DNA from: Verrucomicrobiia bacterium
GTDB taxonomy: Bacteria; Verrucomicrobiota; Verrucomicrobiia; Limisphaerales; UBA1319
Assembly (NCBI GenBank): GCA_963664225.1
Contig: OY760937.1
Coordinates: forward strand, 2,144,001 to 2,208,000
Reading direction: 5' to 3'
Length of the DNA stretch: 64,000 bases
A program made the translations under genes and the position numbers. Under the pieces are notes generated by a model, which saw nothing but the letters and a program-made list of their open reading frames with translations, was not told the origin of the DNA and made no database searches. Each line of letters begins with the position of its first letter. The first letter of the stretch is position 1. Positions 1-7,387 of the stretch are shown here, one piece after another.

Positions 1-179
1 AGACGCTTGCGGACGTTCTTGAAGGCGTCCGCAAAGGTCCAGCCGATGCGCACGGATTTCTCGGCGAGGCGCAGCGGCGAATCATCGAGAATCCACGCGC
101 GTTGATAGGGCAGGAAATAGCGGCGGAGCGCGGCGGATGAGTCTATTGAGTGGGTGGATTGGATGGATTGGGCACACAT
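1..179 (-). CDS. Mu-like phage terminase large subunit, 5' part (continues off the window)
   Basis: Not in the ORF track. Manual translation from ATG 179 gives ...YFLPYQRAWILDDSPLRLAEKSVRIGWTFADAFK, matching the Mu gp28-type N-terminus (LPYQ..W; EKSxRIGxT Walker A). Start codon uncertain. Confidence 0.85.
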   Translation of the reverse strand, partial: MCAQSIQSTHSIDSSAALRRYFLPYQRAWILDDSPLRLAEKSVRIGWTFADAFKNVRKR

Positions 180-727
180 GGCGGTGAAGGGGGTAAAGGT
201 TGAGATTGCGTGGCGGGTTCCTGGGAGATTCCAAAGACTTCGTCCACCTTGCGGATCACGGCCTGGCGATCCTGTTCGGACCATTCGGACTGTGACGGGA
301 GCGCAGACAAACTGGCCCGGGCCTGGGTCAAGCTCTGGAGACGCTGGCGCGCGATATCGATGGTCGTGTCGCGTTGACGGAGCTTGCGCAGGCTCACAAA
401 CGCCGCGAGGTCCTGGCGCTCGATGGCGGCCAGCTCGAAGGCCAATTGGGCGGCCTCGTGTATGCGTTCGCGCTGGGTCGTGTCGAGGTCGCCTTGATCG
501 AGGCGTCCCCTCAGAGTGTCCGCAAACTCAGCGGCCAGTTCCAGCGAACGCGTCATGTGCCACCAGGCGGGGAACCGGCCCACCGTGCTCTCTGAAACCT
601 TGAGGCCAAACTCGGCGGCAATGCGCTCCGCGGTTTCCTTCTTGGTGCTGTTTTGCAGCCACCGGATCACCTGGCGTTGTTTTTCGAAGGGCAATGCGCG
701 CAAGGGGGATTCGTTATTATTACTCAT
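143..727 (-). CDS. Mu-like phage protein, probable small terminase (gp27/DUF3486-like)
   Basis: N-terminal HTH-like segment (LPFEKQRQVIRWL...GLKVSESTVGRF) followed by helical C-terminus; sits directly upstream of the terminase large subunit. Confidence 0.65.
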   Translation of the reverse strand: MSNNNESPLRALPFEKQRQVIRWLQNSTKKETAERIAAEFGLKVSESTVGRFPAWWHMTRSLELAAEFADTLRGRLDQGDLDTTQRERIHEAAQLAFELAAIERQDLAAFVSLRKLRQRDTTIDIARQRLQSLTQARASLSALPSQSEWSEQDRQAVIRKVDEVFGISQEPATQSQPLPPSPPCVPNPSNPPTQ

Positions 728-751
728 GGTCGAATGCGGTTAGTAATGTGC

Positions 752-1009
752 TTAAAACATCTGCTGCTCGAACTCGGCCCGGCCCGCGTCCGTGAGCCGC
801 CACTTGACGGGACCGCCCAGGCCGTCCCGCGCGCCGATGATCAGATGGGCGGTGTCCAACTCGCGCAGAGCGGCCTGAAACTCAAACTCGCCGGGAGCGG
901 GCCGCAGGAGCAGGCGCAACTGGTGATGGAGCGTGGGTTCGGGCAGCAGGTAGCCCCGGCACTGGGAGAGGGCGCGGAGGATTTCGCATTTCAATGGGTA
1001 GTTTTGCAT
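752..1009 (-). CDS. Mu gp26-like small winged-helix protein
   Basis: 85 aa, ILRAL...W-x-LTDAG ending; position matches the Mu gp25-gp26-gp27-gp28 order. Confidence 0.6.
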   Translation of the reverse strand: MQNYPLKCEILRALSQCRGYLLPEPTLHHQLRLLLRPAPGEFEFQAALRELDTAHLIIGARDGLGGPVKWRLTDAGRAEFEQQMF

Positions 1010-1014
1010 GGGGT

Positions 1015-1476
1015 TTAGATTTTGGTTAAACGGGCGATCTTCTCGGGCACTTCGCCGATGCGGGCATGGAGGCCCTCGATTTTTTCGTGCATGCCGTTGA
1101 TGAGTTCATCAATGCGCCGATGCAACTGGGCGTCGCACTGGGTGCGGATTTTCTGGGATTCGTCGCGGTCGGCGCGCATCTCCATGCGCAGCGATTCGAG
1201 GCGCTCCTGCAGGCGTTGGACGCGTTCCTCCCCGGCGAGCATGAGAGTCTCGCGGTCGTCGCGGATTTGGTCGCGCAGTTCCTCGAAACAATCCTCCAGG
1301 CGCTCCACGCGGCTGCAGACCGAGGCGAGCTCGGCGCGGTGGGCGTAGGCGTCCGCAAAGCTGACCTCGCGTTTTTGCGGGAGGAACATTTTCACAAACG
1401 AGGCGATGTTCAGGGCGAGCAGGAGGTAAAAACCGAATTCGACGATCCAGCGACCGTGACTGGCTAATTCATTCAT
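1015..1476 (-). CDS. Phage membrane-anchored coiled-coil protein (Mu gp25/DUF2730-like position)
   Basis: N-terminal TM helix followed by a long coiled coil; synteny with the Mu late genes. Confidence 0.55.
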   Translation of the reverse strand: MNELASHGRWIVEFGFYLLLALNIASFVKMFLPQKREVSFADAYAHRAELASVCSRVERLEDCFEELRDQIRDDRETLMLAGEERVQRLQERLESLRMEMRADRDESQKIRTQCDAQLHRRIDELINGMHEKIEGLHARIGEVPEKIARLTKI

Positions 1477-1544
1477 GTGTGTGTGGGTTGATGGTTTGGT
1501 GCGATTGAGTTGAGTTGATTTTGACCGGGATGAATGCAGGAGTA

Positions 1545-2459
1545 TCAGGCGCGGACCACGGCGTTGCGGCGGGCGCGAACGAGGGCCTTATGCGAGGTGT
1601 CCATGGACTGGCTCAGGGCGTTCAACAAGGCAGGCTGTGGCGCGGCGGTTGGATTTGGACTTGGAATTGGGTTTGGACTTGAACTTGGGCCTGGGGACGG
1701 AGCCGAAGCGGTGGATTGTTTCCAGGTCTCGATGCCTTTCACAGTGGCGTCGAAGGCGTTCGTGCTCACCACGCCGACGTAGCCTGCGAGGGTCGGCAGC
1801 TTCCCCACCAGCCATGCGAGAAGGCGGCCCAGAATGGGGATCACGGCGGGCACAAACACCATCAAAGCAATCAAACCCGCGACGGGCAACGCGAGGCGAC
1901 CGACCCAGCGCGCCCAGAAGGAAATCCGGGCGTTGCGTGTGGATTCGGCCTCGGCGCCCATTTGGGTGAGGCGCTCGACGACGGCGCGGTGCCGACCCAG
2001 AACGCGATCCTGCGCGGCGAACGGTTCCCGCAAGGCGTCGGATACGGCGGTTTGCAGGACGATTTCAGGCGCGACGTGAGGGCTGTTTGACGCGGCGCTG
2101 GAGCGGGCTTGTTCCACCTGCGCGAGCATTTCCGGCACGGGCAACGGGTGAACCGGGGAGCCGAGGACGCGCTGGTTCTGCGAGACGAACGCGCGGGCGG
2201 TTTCCGAGCAGGCGTCCCGGTTGGTGAGGGGCTGGAGGTCCAGGGCCTGACGGGCGGCCTCGTTATTGACGCGGGCGGCCTCGACAAGTCTGGCATCGAG
2301 TTTCTGGCGCGTGGCGACGCGATACGTGCAGCCTGTCATTGCGAGGCACAGGGTCAATGCGATGACTGATAAAAGCCACAAAGTCAGGGCTGCGGAGGTT
2401 TGGTGCGGGATGGTTTGCGGATTAGTGAGTTGGGTGGATTGGACGTTTTTAGCATTCAT
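1545..2459 (-). CDS. Putative phage lipoprotein/membrane protein (lysis-module position)
   Basis: Hydrophobic stretch with lipobox-like LAMTGC, C-terminal TM helices and a PS/PN low-complexity tract; co-oriented with the phage genes. Confidence 0.5.
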   Translation of the reverse strand: MNAKNVQSTQLTNPQTIPHQTSAALTLWLLSVIALTLCLAMTGCTYRVATRQKLDARLVEAARVNNEAARQALDLQPLTNRDACSETARAFVSQNQRVLGSPVHPLPVPEMLAQVEQARSSAASNSPHVAPEIVLQTAVSDALREPFAAQDRVLGRHRAVVERLTQMGAEAESTRNARISFWARWVGRLALPVAGLIALMVFVPAVIPILGRLLAWLVGKLPTLAGYVGVVSTNAFDATVKGIETWKQSTASAPSPGPSSSPNPIPSPNPTAAPQPALLNALSQSMDTSHKALVRARRNAVVRA

Positions 2460-3079
2460 GGTGGTGGTTGTTCATGGGTCATGGACACGCCGAAGAAGGG
2501 GGCCGTGACAGGTGCCGGGCTGGAACTCCAGGCGGGAGCGGACGGAGGGGAGCGCACCCGTCACGGCCCGGGGCGGGCGTGTTCGGTGGGTTGTGGGATC
2601 GCGGAGGTGTCGCCGCAATTAAAGCGCGGCGTTCATCCGTCCATTCCATCCACTCGCGATGCCAATTGCAGTTCATGCGGGCGCAGAGTGGCAGGAATGC
2701 GATGGAAGGCGTGAGGCCGCGGTCGGCGGCATCGGCTGGATCGGCAAAAAAATGTCACGCGAAGACGCGACGACACGAAGAAGAAAGGGGGGCTGGAAGG
2801 GACAGGATGACAAGATGACAGGATAAGAAAAACCGTTCTAAACCACGAAAAGCGCGAAAAGGAGGAAATCCGGGGCTGGCGGGTTTTCGCGCTAAGAGGC
2901 CTGATATATTTCTTGACCAATATCACAAAACCCCCTAATCTAAGGGTCCAATCACAGATAAACAGGCAAATGCATGACCGAAGTTAACCTTTGTTAATTT
3001 TTGCCAGCGAACACCCATACGCTCATGGAGAATTACAGACGCATAGCCGGGTTGCTGGCGGGGAAGAACCGCCCGTCGT

Positions 3080-3460
3080 TTGATCAAAGTCAGACTGCTT
3101 AAGCGTATGCCTGCATTCAAAGTTCATCTCAACCGCAAGAAGGTTTGCACAGCCAGTCTTGATGGCATCGGCGTGTTTGGCGCTCATGTCAGTTATGTCT
3201 GCCGTAAGGATGCCCCCGAGCAAAAGACTTTATCGCTTCATGTTGGCGGCTGGGATGCCACCGCAGGCGAGCACATTATCTGGCAAGAGGCTCATCCCAT
3301 TTGTGTTGGCGACAGGTTGAGTATTGAGGTGGTGGAGTCTGCGAAAGCAGACAAACCGGTAATCCGTAAGAAACCCGACCCGGCTGCAGATTTGCGCGCC
3401 CGGAAAAAGTATGTGCGTAAGTTGGCCAAAGAACTCGGATGGAAAATACAGGCGAAATGA
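3080..3460 (+). CDS. Hypothetical protein
   Basis: Compact ORF in a lower-GC patch; alternative start ATG ~3107 (MPAFKVHLNRKKVC). Confidence 0.55.
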   Translation: MIKVRLLKRMPAFKVHLNRKKVCTASLDGIGVFGAHVSYVCRKDAPEQKTLSLHVGGWDATAGEHIIWQEAHPICVGDRLSIEVVESAKADKPVIRKKPDPAADLRARKKYVRKLAKELGWKIQAK

Positions 3461-3596
3461 CGACGATGCCTGATAATTCGCGTGACGCAACCACCGTTGG
3501 CAGCAGCTTTCTGGCGACAAGCGTTGGGTTTGCCACGCCGTCGTTTGGAGGGGAATCGGTTATTGGCCAGCATGCAACATTTCGTCTCCTAAATTT

Positions 3597-4187
3597 ATGA
3601 TACCGATCAAGATTGAGTGTGGATGCGGCCAGCGATACGCGTTTGACGTGGAGCCGGTCAATGGGTTCATGCCAAGTGCGGTGGCCTGTCCCACTTGCGG
3701 TGTGGATGGCACCTCTGCCGCCAATGAATTGATCGCCCGGACTGTGGTGGCGGAGCCGGAAGCGCCGCCCATCCCCATCCCAAAAGCGCGGCCAGCCCGC
3801 ATCCCCGCCCCGGCACAACCCGCCCCACCGGCCGTTTCAGCGGCAGCGGCAACGACAACGGGAAATGCGACCTCGGAATTCAACATGGGTCTTGGCGTTT
3901 TGGGGGCGTTTCTGGGCGCATGCATTGGCGTGGGGTTAATGTATTTCTTCTACGAATTGGCGGGAGTCCGTTTCCCGTTGCTGGGCATTGGCATTGGATT
4001 TTTGACGGGTTATGGAGCGAAAATTCTCTTCAAGGGCAATGACATCACGCTGGGCGTCATTTCGGGAGTCATTGCGTTGCTGGCGATCGTCGGAACGCTG
4101 TATTTGATGTATGGATCGTTTCCCATGATGAGCATCATCTCTGTGATCGTCGGCACGAGCGTGGCCTACAACAGGGCTTCCAGTTAG
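3597..4187 (+). CDS. Membrane protein with N-terminal Zn-ribbon
   Basis: CxCG...CPxCG, Pro/Ala-rich linker, about four C-terminal TM helices. Confidence 0.75.
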   Translation: MIPIKIECGCGQRYAFDVEPVNGFMPSAVACPTCGVDGTSAANELIARTVVAEPEAPPIPIPKARPARIPAPAQPAPPAVSAAAATTTGNATSEFNMGLGVLGAFLGACIGVGLMYFFYELAGVRFPLLGIGIGFLTGYGAKILFKGNDITLGVISGVIALLAIVGTLYLMYGSFPMMSIISVIVGTSVAYNRASS

Positions 4188-4317
4188 GCACTTCTGTAGC
4201 CAACTGAACGCGGGGGGCAGAAACTAACTTACCACTTTTTGCGCTGCGGAAGGATCCTCCATCACCGCCTGAATAAAGGCGGACGAAAGCGAAAAGCGTT
4301 CTTGGATGGCCGGTCTC

Positions 4318-4767
4318 CTACGACGGATACCTGCCCGAAATGTAATCCTCGAGATGGCCGATGGTGGCGTTCTGCGCGGAGATGATCCAGTTGACCAGGT
4401 TGCCGATGGAGACGACCCCAACCACCCGGTCCCCTTCCAGAACGGGCAGATGACGCACGCGGTTGTCATTCATCAGGCGCATGCAATCCTGAACCGTGTG
4501 GCGGGGAGTCACGGTAACCAGTTTCGTGGTCATGATTTCGCGAACAAACGTCTCTTTGGATGATTTCCCCTTGATGGCGATTTTGCGGGTGTAATCGCGC
4601 TCTGAAAGCATGCCGACCAATCGAACCTGCTCCATGACCAGCACGGCGCCCAGGTTTTTCGCCGCCATGAGGCCGATGGCTTCAAACACGGTTTGATCCG
4701 GGGTGACGCTCCATACGTCGCGCCCTTTGAGGTTCAGGACGGCATCAATTGTTCCGTTTGCATTCAT
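4318..4767 (-). CDS. CBS-domain protein
   Basis: Tandem CBS pair (GMLSERDY, VREIMT, VRHLPV, GVVSIG). Confidence 0.92.
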   Translation of the reverse strand: MNANGTIDAVLNLKGRDVWSVTPDQTVFEAIGLMAAKNLGAVLVMEQVRLVGMLSERDYTRKIAIKGKSSKETFVREIMTTKLVTVTPRHTVQDCMRLMNDNRVRHLPVLEGDRVVGVVSIGNLVNWIISAQNATIGHLEDYISGRYPS

Positions 4768-5185
4768 AAGTCGTTGCCACTTTCAGCCTCTCCCTGCCTG
4801 CCCCGCGACACGGCGCAGCCCTTTGGGTGAACCGACCCGTGACGCGCGCTGTTTTACGAACCGTAACCTAAGCGATCCCGGGGGAATTTGCGAGTTTTTC
4901 GGCGGGACAATCCGGGTGCATGACAAAATTCACGCGTGCGGAAAACAGCCATGGCCGAGGCTGATTTGAAAGAGTGAATTGCGTTTTGAAGCGCCCTTTT
5001 GTCATGCAGGCGTCACGCAACGGCCGTTTACAGCCGCGTTGACCCTATCAGGGTCTTGAGAATCAAGGCGATCTGCCAATCCCTGACGTGACAGACGGAG
5101 ATATAGCCGCTGACATGCGAATCGGGGTGCTGAGTTGCGCTGCCATCGTTTCATAATAGAATCACCCCGTAGCGGAGACCTTTTA

Positions 5186-7160
5186 GTAGAGTAGGCGAAA
5201 TGGACGGATTGAATGGCCGTGGCCAATGACCGTCGCATTTCGCCCCTCATCGAACCGGACAGGCGGTTTTCCCGCATCCGGCTCTCCGGGGATCATACGT
5301 TGCATCGCTTCGACGTCATCGTTTCCATGCCGCATATTCCGGCATTTGGTATAAACCATAACGCTCATAGAGATCCTCCTTGGGGTATGTGGACCATTGC
5401 GCCCGACTACATCCGTGTTTGCGCCACAACCATCGTTGTAACTTGCTGCTGACGTATTCGTTCATCTGGCCCATCACCTTGGTGCTGTTCCCGTAGTGAA
5501 AGTAACCCTTCCAACCTTTGAGTTTCTTGTTGAGCTCGGGAATCACCTCTCCGATATCACGCCATAGCGTGCTTCGGTTGAGTTTCTCCCGAATCCCGTC
5601 TCGAAACTTCTTCTGGCTCTTGGGATGGGGTTCCACATGCGGATATTTCCATTTCCCCTTCCCCTGTCGCATTGTTAGCGCGAATCCCAAGAATTTGATG
5701 CCATCCTGGCGGAGGTCCACCAAGCGGGTCTTCTTCTCGTTGAGCACTAACTCGCGTTGCTTCAGCCATCGTTCCAGTCGTTCCATCAGTTCCCGTCCCT
5801 GCCCCGGCTGTCCGAGTATCACGAAATCATCCGCGTATCTCACCATCACGGGTTTGAGTTCGCAGCGTTCGTTGACTTCCCAATCCAACTGGTTGAGGTA
5901 TGCATTGGCTAAAATCGGCGATACAACCCCGCCTTGCGGAGTCCCCCGTCGATTCTGACCTTGCCCCCCCTTTGTCCCGCCTTTCCCTGTGTCGCTTTGC
6001 GGTTCATTCACGGGCGCGCGCAGCCATCCTGCGATCAGCTTGAGAATTGTTCCATCGCTGACCCGCTTGGCCACTATGCGCAACAAACGCCTGTGGGGAA
6101 TGCTGTCAAAATACCCGCTTAAGTCCGCGTCTATAACTTCGACGCGTCCTGTCAGCGTAGCCTTCTTGATCGCCTCCATTGCTTGGTGGGCATTGCGTTT
6201 GGGATGATAGGCGTAACTGTTCGGATGACTATCGGCTTCCAGAATCGGCAGCAATACAATCACCACCGCTGTCTGCACCACCCGGTCTTTCACTGTCGGG
6301 ATGCCCAGGGGTCGCAGCTTCCCGTCTCCTTTTGGTATATACACACGCTTCACCGGGCTTGGCCGATACTTCTTCGTGCGTAACTCCTCCAGCAGTTGGT
6401 TCCGCCATTGGTCCCAGGCTTCGTCGCTGGCAAGATAGACGTCGCATGTCTGCCCGTCGATCCCAGCCGCGCCATTGTTGTGCGCCACGGAGGCCATTGC
6501 CGTTTCCAGCACGTCCTTCCGCAGCAGTTCTCCGTAGAGGCTGTAAAACCGATACTTCGGCTCAGCCTTGGCTTTGCAATATAGCGCTCGCTGCAGCTTT
6601 TGAACTTTTATCGGGGTTGTTATCCGTTGAAAAAGTGTTTCCACTCCCTCAAGGCCATCTCCCTGTCCCTCGCTGTTTTGATTCGCTTCGATCCAAGTGC
6701 CTTCCCTTGGCTCCGCCGGGGTTTTGGTCGCCCCAGCTTCTTCGCTACTATGGAAGACTCCGACTTCTCTGGCTGCCCGTGCGGCCTCGGAGGGTGTTCC
6801 TCCTTGCACCGGCGGTTGAGGCTTTATCGCCCCGCCTCCAGAGATCTCCCAGCTTACCTTGGTTTCCCTTCCTGTCGTGTCGCCCTCGCTGACTCCGCCG
6901 GAATCAACAGCGCCCATTTGACGATTTGATGACGCCGCGTTTCTGCCTTCGCCGTTCGGGTAGCGGCTCGGCTTACCGGTTATTTCGGTTTCGGAGCTCA
7001 TTTGATGAGGTTTACTTTCGTTACGACCCGACAGTTCTTTCAGCGTCCCGCTTGTGGTTCGGCCTCACGGCCTCGTCCCGGACGCTGCATTTCGGTCGTG
7101 AACCGTCTAATTCGACCGGCGGGACTTTCACCCACGAGGCTACCAATTTCACTGGCGCAC
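5186..7160 (-). mobile_element. Group II intron, copy 1 (1,975 nt; class E/F-like, no endonuclease domain)
   Basis: 5' GUGCG at 7160; domain V GAGCCGGAUGCGGGAAAACCGCCUGUCCGGUUC; 3' end ...CCUACUCUAC at 5186; internal RT ORF; boundaries agree with the second copy. Confidence 0.95.
5316..7001 (-). CDS. ltrA: Group II intron reverse transcriptase/maturase (true start probably near 6640)
   Basis: RT0 GAAGIDG, RPLGIPTVKDRVVQ, GTPQGGVVSPILAN, YADD, thumb/X domain (LKGWKGYF); no HNH C-terminus. Confidence 0.95.
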   Translation of the reverse strand: MSSETEITGKPSRYPNGEGRNAASSNRQMGAVDSGGVSEGDTTGRETKVSWEISGGGAIKPQPPVQGGTPSEAARAAREVGVFHSSEEAGATKTPAEPREGTWIEANQNSEGQGDGLEGVETLFQRITTPIKVQKLQRALYCKAKAEPKYRFYSLYGELLRKDVLETAMASVAHNNGAAGIDGQTCDVYLASDEAWDQWRNQLLEELRTKKYRPSPVKRVYIPKGDGKLRPLGIPTVKDRVVQTAVVIVLLPILEADSHPNSYAYHPKRNAHQAMEAIKKATLTGRVEVIDADLSGYFDSIPHRRLLRIVAKRVSDGTILKLIAGWLRAPVNEPQSDTGKGGTKGGQGQNRRGTPQGGVVSPILANAYLNQLDWEVNERCELKPVMVRYADDFVILGQPGQGRELMERLERWLKQRELVLNEKKTRLVDLRQDGIKFLGFALTMRQGKGKWKYPHVEPHPKSQKKFRDGIREKLNRSTLWRDIGEVIPELNKKLKGWKGYFHYGNSTKVMGQMNEYVSSKLQRWLWRKHGCSRAQWSTYPKEDLYERYGLYQMPEYAAWKR

Positions 7161-7324
7161 ACCCGAAATCCGAAATAGGAACGGCCCATCTGACGCAATC
7201 ATTTGGCCATCCATGGTTTGAAACCGGCTGTGGAGTATTGGTTTAATACACCTTCGCCGATTGCAAATCATGGCTGACTCAAAGCATTGCATCGTCTTGA
7301 CCATTCTTATTTCGGATTTCGGGT
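7161..7324. mobile_element. 164-bp palindromic MITE, copy 1
   Basis: TIR ACCCGAAATCCGAAATA...TATTTCGGATTTCGGGT; flanked by TTA (5183-5185, beyond the intron) and TTA (7325-7327); reverse complement of copies 2 and 3. Confidence 0.85.
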
Positions 7325-7387
7325 TTAAATGCCTTTTTTAATTTGCAGATCCGGGGCTGCCGCCGCCAACGCTTCAGTCTGTCAGAA

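Noticed and set aside
2935..3575. Integron-like gene cassette around the 126-aa ORF
   Set aside because: GC is lower and a partial hairpin follows the stop, but I could not identify convincing attC R boxes.
5316..7001. Retron, DGR or defence RT
   Set aside because: Flanked by canonical group II intron termini and domain V, with a maturase domain; no TR/VR pair seen.
7161..7324. 164-bp hairpin as an integron attC site with a IIC-attC intron
   Set aside because: Ends do not fit RYYYAAC/GTTRRRY with an unpaired R-L spacer. There is no cassette array or intI. Intron domain V is full-length with an AGC triad, unlike class C.
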